A stretch of 64,000 nucleotides of DNA from Scyliorhinus canicula (Eukaryota): positions 186,001 through 250,000 of the forward strand of contig NW_024055427.1 in NCBI RefSeq assembly GCF_902713615.1. Reading direction: 5' to 3'. A model generated the notes under the pieces. It did not search any database and was not told where the DNA came from. It saw nothing but the letters and a program-made list of their open reading frames with translations. Position numbers and translations under genes: made by a program. This document shows positions 47,604 through 60,135 of this stretch, one piece after another (positions within the stretch are counted from its first letter, which is position 1; every line of letters starts with the position of its first letter).

Positions 47604-48028
47604 ATGACCAGGAATCCCAGGAATGAGCTGTTTCCAGCTGGAGCGCTGATGCTGGTGATATTGGGTGAGTTTATTTTCTTATCTGATGCATTTTTAAAAC
47701 AATATTATAACACCGCGTACTTATGAGGATTTTCTTTGGTTCCCAGCTGTTCAGTGTGAGGCTCAGAGCTCCCACCCTGAGCAGGTGGTGGCTCGGGAAG
47801 GGGATCGGGCTGAACTGAACTGTCGGATCTCCATTGGTTCTGGCTATTCCGTAGCCTGGTACAGACAGACACTGACAGAGGCTCCCACATTTATCGCCTC
47901 CATTTACCAGGGGACTGAGACCAAAGGACGCTACACCCTGTCCTTTGACAGAGCAAAGAAGTCCAATACCGTCTGTATAGATGTCAGCGCGGTCCAGGAC
48001 TCCGGAATGTATCTCTGTGCGAAGCAGA
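47604..48028 (+). CDS. Apparently functional TCR alpha/delta-type V gene: leader 47604-47664, V exon 47747-48028
   Basis: MTRNPRNELFPAGALMLVIL+G|gtgagt...tcccag|; spliced junction codon GCT, then (A)VQCEAQSSHPEQVVAREGDRAELNC...WYRQ...QDSGMYLCAKQ; in frame; C23/W41/C104 present. Confidence 0.88.
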
Positions 48029-48067
48029 CACAGTGAGACACAGAGCGGATCCGGCTGTACAATATCT
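48029..48067 (+). other. 23-RSS
   Basis: CACAGTG + 23 nt + ACAATATCT. Confidence 0.9.
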
Positions 48068-48510
48068 TGTTCACTGTCGGGTCTCCGCTGCCCCGTTTAC
48101 ATTTGCACAAACAAGAACCTTCAGAAATGCCGGTGATTATTACGGATTCACTGGCTTGATTACTTTCCCATATTTAAACCTCCACCTGGATAGAGTTACA
48201 ATATCCATCAGCTTTATTACAGATGCAGAATGTCGTAACATTTTATTTGTTTTGTTAGTTCCACAGAGGCAGGCGGAACAATGAACTTTCTCAGATGCCA
48301 GGTAGACAGATATGGGAGAGAAAGTTAGATAAACAAATATGTAGCTAGACAGATTGTCAGTAGCTAGATAGATGGACGGACAGACATGCGGGCAGGCGGA
48401 TATATATGTAGATACACAGATAGATTAGTTTATTCTGCCTATGTACTCAAACACTTTAGTTAATTGACCCTGTATGTGTCATAACGTTAATGTTATTCTT
48501 GTTTTAACAG

Positions 48511-48830
48511 CTGTTCCTTGTCACTTGGGGATATTTCAGATAAGGATGTACTGTGGAACACAAAGACAGACCATCTCCCTTCATCACAATGTTACTCTCA
48601 CTACAAATGACTGTGTATTCTGGTACCGGCAGTTCTCCAATAAGGCTCCCCAGAATCTGGTCTCCACATTCAGAGATGAAAGACTTGAGGGAAGGTTTAA
48701 AGTATCTGTGGACAGTGAGAAAGGTTCCATCGCTCTCAGTGCTAACATGGTTGAGCTGTCTGACGCTGCGGTGTATTACAGTGCAGTGAGACACTGTGAA
48801 ACAAAGAGATGAGGAGCCTGTACTCAACAT
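48511..48830 (+). pseudogene. TCR V pseudogene (both canonical Cys lost)
   Basis: ttaacag| ...FWYRQFSNKAPQNL...GRFKVSVD...LSDAAVYYSAVR; CACTGTG 48792-48798 + 23 nt + weak nonamer ACTCAACAT. Confidence 0.85.
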
Positions 48831-50824
48831 GAGGGCTGTGGAGACAACCAGCCCGTGTGCAGTGGAAATGAGAGTGAGCCAAACAAAATGTATAAACAAA
48901 TGTTTTTCATCCGTGTGATTTATTGGAATTAAAAATCTGTGTTATTTCCAATGATATAACTAACAGATTAACCCACAGAACAATATCAATCACTTTTTGA
49001 TACAATAGCTAACTTACATTATTTTGCATCTTTGTTTGATGTTTAGCGAGCTTTCAAGACTTCCATTCTTTCAAAATGAACGTCCAAACTTATCAGTTGT
49101 TTTATGAATTTTTTCAGTTCATCTATTTATGCAAATGAACACGGGCTTTGTCAATAAGGAAGGCACGCCAGAAAACTGAGACAAGTGGTCTGGGTCAATA
49201 TTAAATAAAAAATATAGCAAAAGAAAAACAACGAAAGAGGCATCAGATGCAGCAACTATAACACCGAAGCAGTAAAAACACTTCTATGATAATAATCCAC
49301 CAATATACTGCAGCAATATTCGGGGATACATTGAGAATCGATGTTTCACAGACAGAATTCCGCTAGTTAACGTTGCGAGATCTTCCCTTTGGTTTAAGCC
49401 TGACGAGCTGTCAGTTAGTTCACCGCTGTTACAGGTGGCAGCTGGGATTACAGGAAATATCTGTGACGCTTCACCACAACCACGTTTCGGGCAAGAATAA
49501 AAATGTGAATTACGGATTCTCAGGCACTGAAGTACGTCTTCTGGGCCGGAAGTTCTGCGTTTCAATACCACTCCAGGGCTTTATGGCTGCAGAAGGTGTG
49601 CTCTTTGCCTGGCCACACACGATGATTATCTGTTTGCAAGTTCTTCCAATATGACTAATGATAGGTGGTAAGAGCTGGAGAGTTTCCTGGTCAGCCATGC
49701 TGCAAGAGGCAATGGAATAATCATGGGCCAATCTGAGGGAAGTCCCGGGTCAACCAGCGCCACCTGAGGTCTGGTACCTGGAGGATGCTTAGGATGGCAC
49801 AGGAAACTGGGAGTGAACTCTGTCCATCATTGTAGTCCAAAGTCACTGGGTAGTCTGAATGGGACGACACATGTTACTGACCAATATAGATCCTCAATTT
49901 ATCGTAAAGAGAGAGATAAAGAGCGAGAAACAGGAAAAGGGCGTCCATCGTTCCATTACAAAATGTTCTGGTTGCTATTTGCCACGAGTTCAAATTATCG
50001 GGAAAATAAGGGGTTCACTTTGGCAATAAGGAAAGCCCTTTACGCAAGAATCGGAATGACAACTCTTACTGACATAGAATTAAACATTTCCACCGTCCTC
50101 TATGTTCAGCATGATTTCGAATCACAGCAGTGAATACACTGAAAATGCGCTTCCTGTGGTTGCAGGGTTCTACAGACATCCGGAGTCTATAAAATTTCCT
50201 TTTGTCTCTTTTCATTTGATATTTGGTTATTGTGGTTAAATTCATCGTCCACCTGTTTCTGCTGAGATCAGTAAAGTGTATTTTATAATTTCCTTTTCTT
50301 TAATTGAATCTATGTTTCCCGGATTGCTTTGATGGTTTGTGGCCTGCTCCTGCGATTTCCCGAATTCGCACAAACTCTGTTTTAAGATTCATTCCGCTTA
50401 ACAGGAACCCGGCAGCCTGTCAGCAACAAGAATCCGGGATCTTACTGAGGAGCCCCTGATGGAAACCTGCCAGGTGTTCAGGGAGAGCGAGTGGTCGCAC
50501 GCCCGGTGGGGCTGCCCACCTACCTGTCAGACATTAGTCGGACTCGATAAAAGCTTGTAATCAGCTAGCTGCACATCTCACGCTTTTCATTATAAAGATA
50601 AAGGTATCAAAGAATTACCAGCACATGTGCTTAGCTGCAAACTCCATTTGTCAGGCGACGCTCTGTCGTTAGCCCCCTCGCCTCTGAATCAAAAGCCGCA
50701 GGCCTCTGCTCCCTGTACAGAGACGTGAGCCCAATGATCTATGCTGGTGCCTTTGTGCAGTTTTCAGGTAGCGTGCATCGCTCTCGGATTAGATGTTCAA
50801 TCGAGGGTGCTGTCTTTCCTGACA

Positions 50825-50950
50825 GGAAGAAGGAAGGAGCAGTGCTCCGAACGATAGTGTTTGAAACAAACCTGTTGGACTTTAACCTGGTGTTGTAAGA
50901 TTTCTTCCTGTGCTCACCCCAGTCCAACGCCGGCATCTCCACATCATGGC
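50825..50950 (+). mobile_element. Penelope terminal repeat with decayed hammerhead
   Basis: GGAGCagtGCTCCgaacgatagtgtttgaaacaaacctgttggactttaacctggtgttgtaag. Confidence 0.75.
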
Positions 50951-51341
50951 TTTCCTCTAAGATGAACGTGGTGGATCACAAGGCAATATTTTCCAAGAGC
51001 AAGGACGTTGTCCAGGTCAATCACGTCCCTGAAACAGTCAGCTCATTAAACCCCACTGTTTGAAATTATCTACTCGGCCATAATCGGCTGATGAGTTTTC
51101 TGAATTTCTTCGTCACAGTGACGGTATCGCATCTTGGGACGTAAAGAAAAGCGCCATCCAAATATTACATTTCCACTCACTAAACTATCTGCATTAAAAT
51201 GTTTTAATACTTTATGTGTTAGGAGCAAAGTTACATGTTCGAATTAGAAGCATGGATATCGCTAAGATTTCAGGAACCAATTCAGACTCACCGCTGATCT
51301 CAGTGTGTGCCTAACGCTGTTATGCGGAGTGACACTTTGAT

Positions 51342-51380
51342 AGTTATTGTACTGGTTCAGCCCAGCTCTGTGTCTCTGTG
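51342..51380 (-). other. 23-RSS
   Basis: Minus strand CACAGAG + 23 nt + ACAATAACT. Confidence 0.88.
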
Positions 51381-51984
51381 GGGCTCAGCGCGCAGAAATA
51401 CACCGCGGAGTCTGTCAGCTCTGTTTTAGACACATCCAGCGAGACGGTGTGGATTGATTCATCCAGATTCACTGAAAAACGGTCCCCTGGAAATCTATCT
51501 GTCTTATCGGTGTATCTGCTTCTCTTCATCAGAAACTCCAGGGATCCGCCGAGATACTGATGATACCAGTGCAGATAAAGAATATTGTTGCTTGTAGTGG
51601 TGTAATTACAGAACAACTGAACATTATCTCCTTCAATTACTGCTATTGCAGCCGGTGTCTGTGACACAGAATCTCCTCGACAATATCCTGCAAGAACCCA
51701 GAGCAATATTAAATGGAAGGCTGTCACTTCACTATGTTAATCCCCTAAATCGTAAACATGATTCTGAGAAATATATCGGCCAGTTAAATATGAGTGTTTG
51801 GATACGGTGAATAATGATGACATTTCTAATTGTGAATCCATTTATTCCTTATTTGTGTCGAGTGAACTATTCAATTAACTGTAATGCCCGCAGAAGATGT
51901 GAAACACAGAGTTTCGTACTTTATGAACCTACCTGTTAAAAGAGCCGCAGCTGTGAGGAATAAAAACAAAGTAGCAGATGACAT
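51381..51984 (-). CDS. Apparently functional TCR alpha(/delta) V gene: leader 51933-51984, V exon 51381-51687
   Basis: MSSATLFLFLTAAALLT+G|gtaggt...ttcttgcag|GYCRGDSVSQTPAAIAVIEGDNVQLFC...WYHQ...TDSAVYFCALS; TGAGTCA at 52077-52083. Confidence 0.92.
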
Positions 51985-52219
51985 GTTTGCAGAGAGCTGG
52001 CGGTGGATATTAGCAGAGTGGCTGAAGCTAACATTGTTTTGAAGAGGGGTAAAGTAACATCCGGGTCGCTGCTGATTGAGTCATTGTTGGCAGCATCATC
52101 AGATGGAATCCAATCAGCTTAAACTGTCTTTGTTTTCAATTCAACCAATCAGCTCACAGTTCGTTTTATTTCTGCTCAATGCAGATGGGGAGTAGGGCAG
52201 CGTTCAAATGCAACGTTTG

Positions 52220-52400
52220 GGCGGCACAGTGACTACTGATTAGTGCTGCTACCTGACCGCGCTGAGGTCCCAGGTTCGATCCCGGCCCTGGGTCTTTGTG
52301 CAGTTTGCACATTCTCCCCGTGTCTGCGTGGGTCACACAAGTCCAAAGATGTGTACGATCGGCGGATTGGCTACACTAAATTGCTCTTTAATTGGAAAAA
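52220..52400 (+). mobile_element. HE1-like SINE
   Basis: gggcggcacagtg...ccaggttcgatcccggcc...gtttgcacattctccccgtgtctgcgtggg. Confidence 0.75.
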
Positions 52401-53795
52401 AATTGAATACCCCACATTTTAAAGAAGCACAATGTTGCCAGGTTCATTCTGTCAGGCGGAAAACATGGATGTTGTTTGAGTTTCGGAACCGGGACCCCTA
52501 ATTAAAAGAGGTACACTATGAAACTCTCCGCATCCAGGAGCCAGTGGCTCTTGAGGAGTTTGAATACAATAAAGATGAAAAGACGAATGCCGCATTTTAA
52601 CCTGGAGCGGAACTGCCACAGCATCGAGCGTCACATCAAAGCATTAAGGGAAGTTTGTGATCAGTGGCAAGTTTGAGTTTCCCTCTTCCTACTTTTCTGG
52701 TATTTCTGTAGCTCGAGAAATGATAATTCCAATACAGGTCTATTCGTGTTGATAAAAGATGGCAATAGCGGTGGGAAAATCAGAGTCCATTTGCCTGCCA
52801 ATCAGAACGCTCTTATCATGTCCCATTGATTTTTGGATTTCACTTAAATTATATTTTGTAAACATCCTGATCAGCGCACGACGAAAACTCCAATACAACA
52901 TCTCTTGTCCAGCAATAACCACGATTTACTTCTAATTATGATTCATTTCAGCATAGCAGATTTCGGCTAATTGTTAGATTCAGGCTGGCAATTATCCATC
53001 TGATTGCGCAGATGTTGAAGGAACACATTCCCTCCCGGGATGGACAGAGGATGGGCAGCTCGACTTCGCAAACTGACAAAATACGAGATTGACCTACAGA
53101 GCATATTTCTTTTGATGCACTATTCCATAGAGTGAGCTCAGAAGAAAAGTTGAAACGAGATTTCTGGAGGCATCGAACCGGAAACAAATCCGACATATTC
53201 ACCCTCTGGTCAATTGTAGCCCTTATTTGTGATTACACTTTATTTCTTTGCGCAAGGAAGGTTAAAGGCAGCAAAGTATCTCGACGGAAAAATACCAATG
53301 CTGCATACCCGGTTCCTAATTTCCTACTCCACTGTGTGCACTAAATCATCAATTATTCGACGATGATTTTTTTTCCAGGTCCCTTCTATAATGACCTTAA
53401 ACACGTTCTTTGCGATTAGACTGCTCCGAAATATGTGGACGTTACATTTCCCGTGAATCACGGAGCATAGGAATCTTCATTAGAATATTTTAGATGTTGC
53501 TGCTCCGACAATAACCAGAGCAATTCCTCATGTTCTCTGATGATGATTGCCAGAACCGGATATGACGTTGATGGTGTCACTTTCTTTGCTCTATGCGTTC
53601 CAAGCTGAGACATTTCAGTCTGCTGCGCTGGGCCTCACAGCTTCTGTCACAGTGCTGGAGACGCTGATGCTCACATGGTGACGAGCTGACAGTGTGGATA
53701 CGTGGGTTTGAGTAGGGTGATCATTATCGAGTAGGGCACAACATCGAGGGCTGAAGGGCCTGTTCTGTGCTGTACTGTTCTATGTTCTCTTCCAG

Positions 53796-53923
53796 GCGTT
53801 GGCGCTGATTCTGCGCACCAGGACAATCCGATTGTGACGGTGAGGGAAGGGGGATTGGGAATACTGAATTGCAGTTTTACAGCAGCTGATCAAAACCCTT
53901 ACCTTTATTGGTATCGGAAACTT
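53796..53923 (+). pseudogene. TCR V fragment (5' half only; not in ORF track)
   Basis: ctcttccag|GVGADSAHQDNPIVTVREGGLGILNCSFTAADQNPYLYWYRKL, then homology ends; no RSS. Confidence 0.8.
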
Positions 53924-54001
53924 AAGTGCCGAATTTTTCCTCACTCCATTTAAATGTAAAACTCTCAGATTAATCAGCGTCTAGTTGAGTATCTTGGGCC
54001 A

Positions 54002-54146
54002 GGGGCTGGTTTAGCTCACAAGGCTAAATCGCTGGCTTTTAAAGCAGACCAGCAGCACGGTTCGATTCCTCCCCCGACAGGCGCCGGAATGAGGCGACTA
54101 GGGGCTTTTCACAGTAACTTCATTGAAGCCTACTCGTGACAATAAG
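54002..54146 (+). mobile_element. Short tRNA-derived SINE
   Basis: ggggctggtttagctcacaaggctaaatcgctggc...gcctactcgtgacaataagc. Confidence 0.8.
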
Positions 54147-55094
54147 CCATATCAATAGAAGCAATGAAAATAAGTTGATGAAAATAAACATGTGGTGAAG
54201 TGGGAAGAGTGATTTCACGGTGCAAAGTTGTTGACCGTACTGTAAAATCCGCAAGGCTGTACCGTGCCTATTCAGAGGATGAGGGGCTGTTCCTCGGCGT
54301 TGTGCTGAGCTACATGGGAACATTGCAGCAGGCCAAGATCGGACATGTAGACATGAGAGCAGGACAGTGAGTTCAAATAGCAAGCGACAGGAGAGTCTGC
54401 CGCCAGCTTGACAATGGAGTAAAGGTGTTTTGCAAAGCGGCATTTAGTCGGCATTTAGTCTCTCCAATGCAGAGTAGATGGCATTGCTATCAGCAAATGC
54501 AACAGGCCAGATTGAAGGATGTCTGAAAGTAATGTGTACTCAAAAGGACAGACACAAACAATACTGTAACTGACTTAGAGGAAATGCCAGAGACTTAACT
54601 GAACCAGCGTTGGGAAAGAAAAAACGGTCTTCCTGATGGAGAAACAGGAAAAGCCAGTGTGGGAATCCAGGCTCAAAGTTGATTTACAATTACCCCTCCT
54701 TTCTTCTACATGAACGGTATTTAGGCTGCAGCATTTTACACACCAAAACACAAAGAGGTCAAATATATGAAACACATAATTGTCAATTCTTATACTCAAC
54801 TCAAGCATTGAATAACGAAACAAATATTGTGTGAAGTCGGTTGCTTTTTTCTGTAGGATTCCAGAATGCTGCATTAATAATAGAAGAGACCATTTCGCCG
54901 TTAGAGATTTGCTGAACAAATTCTTCAGTTCAATATAGGTTCTTCTACTGGCTTGTAAGTTTAGACATCTGTTTTAAAGAAACAGACGTGTTCTTGTAAG
55001 AAGTGACATGGCCTCTCAGCCGAACCATGCGAAGCTGCAACAAGACAGTTGAGTTGAAGGTGACACAGGTCCGTTGGAGTCTGCGATGCCAGCT

Positions 55095-55167
55095 GTTTCT
55101 GTAGTGTAGTGGTTATCACATTCTCTTTACACGCAAATGGTCACTGGTTCGAAACCGGGCAGAAACA
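55095..55167 (+). pseudogene. tRNA-Val(TAC), anticodon and T stems mutated
   Basis: TTCTC-TT-TAC-AC-GCAAA; CACTGGTTCG. Confidence 0.7.
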
Positions 55168-55261
55168 TCTGGTGTTTCCAGTTTAGTCTGTCGCAAAATA
55201 TTACCTCAATCTCGTAACTGGTCTTCATCATCGAGGAATAACAAAAGCATATAACTGCTGT

Positions 55262-55334
55262 GGGCCAGTGGCGCAATGGATAACGCGTCTGACTACGAAT
55301 CAGGAGATTCCAGGTTCGACTCCTGGCTGGCTCG
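55262..55334 (+). tRNA. tRNA-Arg-ACG: tRNA-Arg(ACG), intact
   Basis: Full cloverleaf, A and B boxes intact, tagtttt terminator. Confidence 0.92.
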
Positions 55335-55663
55335 CAGTTCCTAGTTTTGGCATCCCCTTTTGTTCAGTGGGTTGGACAGCTGGTTCCCGATGCAGAGCAA
55401 AGTGAGCAGGGCATCATCAATTCTCGTTTCAGCTGTGGTTACTTATGAAAGCCCTGCCCTCTCAATTTAACTTCAAGCAAAACATAACTTATCTCCAGTT
55501 CAGCAAAGTTCAATATATGATCCTTTGATGAGTTGAGACATCAGTTGTAAAGAAACGGCTTCTTCCAATAAGTTACATGGCTTCTCAGCGGAACCGTTAG
55601 AAGCTGCAACAATACATTGAAGTTCAACATTGCACAGGGCCACTGATTGCGATACTCCCAGCG

Positions 55664-55736
55664 GTTTCTGTAGTGTAGTGGTTATCACATTCGCCTAACA
55701 CGCGCAAGGTCCCCGGTTCGAAACCGGGCAGAAACA
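55664..55736 (+). tRNA. tRNA-Val-AAC: tRNA-Val(AAC), one anticodon-stem mismatch
   Basis: TTCGC-CT-AAC-AC-GCGCA; remainder canonical. Confidence 0.8.
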
Positions 55737-57361
55737 TCCCGCGCTTCTGATTTTGTGTGACGAATGTTTGCACTAAATACTTTTCTTCCTCAATCTTGCA
55801 CGTTCGAGGAACATGAGTTTTGGTCTCGCATGAGATCTTAAATTTCCTGCAACAAAGTCAGAAATACTGAATATTCAAGACGCCGGGGGAAGAAAAGCCT
55901 TTACTATTTTGCCACAATTCGGATATCAGCAGTTTGTTCATCCACCACAGAATCTATCGGATGCAGATGAACATATTTAATCACCATTTCAAACATGTAC
56001 GATAAAAGCAACTTACTGCGTTTGCGTCAATGGGAAAGAAATACAGAAAACACAGGACAGTCTCATGAGGTCTGACAGCCTCTGTGGAGAGAGATGGCAA
56101 GTGTCGTTTCGAGTCTGGGTGACTCTTTGTCGAAGCCGGACAACTGGATCTTTGGTCAGGTTTAAATTGGCGATGCGTGGGGGGAGAGCGACAGACGGCC
56201 AGCGATGGGTGGAGAATAACAAGAATGTGTTGGGCTGAAAGAAAAAGGGAATGTAAATGTTTCTAATCAGTGTTACGAACGGTGCTGATAGAGGCGATTA
56301 GAAGATTAGAATGTGTTAATGGGAGAGGACAATGAGGAACAAGGGGCGGATTTCCAAAGACGGATGCGATTGGCTAGGGGAATGGGGAGGGGGAGACAAT
56401 GGGAGAGGAAGACATATCAATGGAAGCAATGAAAATAAGTTGATGGAAATAAACATGTGGTGAAGTGGGAAGAGTGATTTCACGGTGCGAAGTTGTTGAC
56501 CGTACTGTAAAATCCGCAAGGCTGTACCGTGCCTATTCGGAGGTTGGGGGGCTGTTCCTGGGCGTTGTGCTGAGCTACATGGGAACATTGCAGCAGGCCA
56601 AGATCGGACATGTGGACATGAGAGCAGGACAGTGAGTTCAAATAGCAAGCGACAGGAGAGTCTACCACCAGCTTGTCGATGGAGCGAAGGTGTTTTGCAA
56701 AGCGGTCACCCAGTCGGCATGTAGTCTCTCCAATGCAGATTAGATGGTATTGGGATTAGTAAATGCAGCGGGCCAGATTGAAGGATGTCTGAAAGTAATG
56801 TGTACTCAAAAGGACAGACACAAACGATACTGTAACTGACTTAGAGGAAATGCCAGAGACTTAACTGAACCAGCTTTGGGAAAGAAAAAAACGGTCTTCC
56901 TGATGGAGAAACAGGAAAAGCCAGTGTGGGAATCCAGGCTCAAAGTTGATTTACAATTACCCCTCCTTTCTTCTACATGAAAGGTATTTAGGCTGCAGCA
57001 TTTTACACACCAAAACACAAAGAGGTCAAATATAAGAAACACATAATTGTCAATTCTTAAACTCATCTCAAGCATTGAATAACGGAACAAATATTGTGTA
57101 AAGTCGGTTGCTTTTTTCTGTAGGATTCCAGAATGCTGCATTAATAATAGAAGAGAGCATTTCGCCGTTAGAGATTTTCTGAACAAATTCTTCAGTTCAA
57201 TATAGGTTCTTCTACTGGCTTGTAAGTTTAGATATCTGTTTTAAAGAAATAGACGTGTTCTTGTAAGAAGTGACATGGCCTCTCAGCCGAACCATGCGAA
57301 GCTGCAACAAGGCAGTTGAGTTGAGGGTGACACAGGTCCGTTGGAGTCTGTGCTGCCAGCT

Positions 57362-57434
57362 GTTTCTGTAGTGTAGTGGTTATCACATTCGCTTGACACG
57401 CGAATGGTCCCCGGTTCGAAACCGGGCAGAAACA
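57362..57434 (+). tRNA. tRNA-Val-GAC: Structurally intact Val-body tRNA with GAC anticodon
   Basis: TTCGC-TT-GAC-AC-GCGAA (anticodon 57395-57397); all stems pair. Confidence 0.8.
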
Positions 57435-57529
57435 TCTGGTGCTTCCAGTTTAGTCTATCGCAAAATATTACCTCAATTCACGTAACTGGTCTTCATCATC
57501 GAGGAATAGCAAAAGCCTATAACTGCTGT

Positions 57530-57602
57530 GGGCCAGTGGCGCAATGGATAACGCGTCTGACTACGAATCAGGAGATTGCAGGTTCGACCCCTGGCTGGCT
57601 CG
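57530..57602 (+). tRNA. tRNA-Arg-ACG: tRNA-Arg(ACG), T stem variant
   Basis: GATTGCAGGTTCGACCCCTGG, one T-stem mismatch. Confidence 0.8.
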
Positions 57603-59493
57603 CAGTTCCTAGTTTTGGCGTCCCCTTTAGTTCAGTGGGTTGGACAGCTGGTTCCCGATGCAAAGCACAATGAGCAGGGCATCATCAATTCTCGTTTCAG
57701 CTGTGGTTACTTATGAAAGCCCTGCCCTCTCAATTTAACTTCAAGCAAAACACAACTTATCTCCAGTTCAGCAAAGTTCAATATCTGATCCTTTGATGAG
57801 TTGAGACATCAGTTTTAAAGAAACGGCTTCTTCCAATAAGTTCCATGGCCTCTCAGCGGAACCGTTAGAAGCTGCAACAGTACATTGAGGTTCAACATTG
57901 CACAGTGCCACTGATTGTTCCTCGCACGTTCGAGGAACATGAGTTTTGGTCTCGCATGAGATCTTAAATTTCCTGCAACAAAGTCAGAAATACTGAATAT
58001 TCAAGACGCCGGGGGAAGAAAAGCCGTTACTATTTTGCCACAATTCGGATATCAGCAGTTTGTTCATCGACCACAGAATCTATCGGATGCAGATGAACAT
58101 ATTTAATCACCATTTCAAACATGTCTAAATGTACGATAAAATCAACTTACTGCGTTTGCGTCAATGGGAAACAAAAACAGAAAACACAGGACAGTCTCAG
58201 CAGGTCTGACAGCCTCTGTGGAGAGAGATGGCAAGTGTTGTTTCGAGTCTGGGTGACTCTTTGTCGAAGCCGGACAACTGGATCTTTGGTCAGGTTTAGA
58301 TTGGCGGTGCGTGGGGGGAGAGCGACAGACGGCCAGCGATGGGTGGAGAATAACAAGAATGTGTTGGGCTGAAAGAAAAAGGGAATGTAAATGTTTCTAA
58401 TCAGTGTTAAGAACTGTGCTGGTAGAGGCGATTAGAAGATTAGAATGTGTTAATGGCAGAGGACAATGAGGAACAAGGGGCGGATTTCCCAAGAGACATG
58501 CGATTGGCTAGGGGAATGGGGAGGGGGAGACAATGGGAGAGGAAGACATATCAATGGAAGCAATGAAAATAAGTTGATGGAAATAAACATGTGGTGAAGT
58601 GGGAAGAGTGATTTCACGGTGCGAAGTTGTTGACCGTACTGTAAAATCCGCAAGGCTGTACCGTGCCTATTCGGAGGATGGGGGCTGTTCCTGGGCGTTG
58701 TGCTGAGCTACATGGGAACATTGCAGCAGGCCAAGATCGGACATGTGGACATGAGAGCAGGACAGTGAGATGAAATAGCAAGCGACAGGAGAGTCTGCCA
58801 CCAGTTTGGCGATGGAGCGAAGGTGTTTTGCAAAGCGGTCACCCAGTCAGCATTTAGTCTCTCCAATGCAGAGCAGATGGCGTTGGGATCAGCAAATGCA
58901 ACAGGCCAGATTGATGGATGTCTGAAAGTAATGTGTACTCAAAAGGACAGACACAAACGATACTGTAACTGACTTAGAGGAAATGCCAGAGACTTAACTG
59001 AATCAGCTTTGGGAAAGAAAAAACGGTCTTCCTGATGGAGAAACAGGAAAAGCCAGTGTGGGAATCCAGGGTCAAAGTTGATTTACAATTACCCCTCCTT
59101 TCCTCTACATGAACGGTATTTAGGCTGCAGCATTTTACACACCAAAACACAATGAGGTCAAATATAAGAAACACATAATTGTCAATTCTTATACTCAACT
59201 CAAGCATTGAATAACGAAACAAATATTGTGTGAAGTCGGTTGCTTTTTTCTGTAGGATTCCAGAATGCTGCATTAATAATAGAAGAGACCATTTCGCCGT
59301 TAGAGATTTGCTGAACAAATTCTTCAGTTCAATATAGGTTCTTCTACTGGCTTGTAAGTTTAGACATCTGTTTTAAAGAAATAGACGTGTTCTTGTAAGA
59401 AGTGACATGGCCTCTCAGCCGAACCATGCGAAGCTGCAACAAGGCAGTTGAGTTGAAGGTGACACAGGTCCGTTGGAGTCTGCGCTGCCAGCT

Positions 59494-59566
59494 GTTTCTG
59501 TAGTGTAGTGGTTATCACATTCGCTTTACACGCGAATGGTCCCCGGTTCAAAACCGGGCAGAAACA
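59494..59566 (+). tRNA. tRNA-Val-TAC: tRNA-Val(TAC)
   Basis: All stems pair; T loop TTCAAAA. Confidence 0.85.
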
Positions 59567-59660
59567 TCTGGTGCTTCCAGTTTAGTCTGTCTCAAAATAT
59601 TACCTCAATCTCGTAACTGGTCTTCATCATCGAGGAATAGCAAAAGGCAATAACTGCTGT

Positions 59661-59733
59661 GGGCCAGTGGCGCAATGGATAACGCGTCTGACTACGAATC
59701 AGGAGATTCCAGGTTCGACTCCTGGCTGGCTCG
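59661..59733 (+). tRNA. tRNA-Arg-ACG: tRNA-Arg(ACG), intact
   Basis: Identical to 55262-55334. Confidence 0.92.
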
Positions 59734-60062
59734 CAGTTCCTAGTTTTGGCGTCCCCTTTAGTTCAGTGGGTTGGACAGCTGGTTCCCGATGCAGAGCAAA
59801 GTGAGCAGGGCATCATCAATTCTCGTTTCAGCTGTGGTTACTTATGAAAGCCCTGCCCTCTCAATTTAACTTCAAACAAAACATAACTTATCTCCAGTTC
59901 AGCAAAGTTTAATATCTGATCCTTTGATAAGTTGAGACATCAGTTTTAAAGAAACGGCTTCTTCCAATAAGTTACATGGCCTCTCAGCTGAACCGTTAGA
60001 AGCTGCCACAATACATTGAGGTTCAATATTGCACAGGGCCACTGATTGTGATACTCCCAGTA

Positions 60063-60135
60063 GTTTCTGTAGTGCAGTGATTATCTCATTTGCCTAACAC
60101 GCGAAAGGTCCCCGGTTCAAAACCAGGCAGAAACA
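60063..60135 (+). pseudogene. tRNA-Val(AAC) pseudogene
   Basis: A box and D stem mutated (GTGCAGTGATTATCTC); T-stem mismatch. Confidence 0.75.

Noticed and set aside
49756-49770. CTCF-like AGCGCCACCTGAGG
   Set aside because: The 5' half of the motif is a poor match and it is not conserved in a paralogous position.
51114-51152. CACAGTG + 23 nt + AAGAAAAGC as an extra RSS
   Set aside because: Weak nonamer and no adjacent V, D or J coding sequence; likely chance.
51688-51727. Apparent intronless leader MTAFHLILLWVLAG fused to the V
   Set aside because: That ORF starts at GTG inside the intron's polypyrimidine tract; a proper ATG leader exon with a GT donor lies at 51933-51984.
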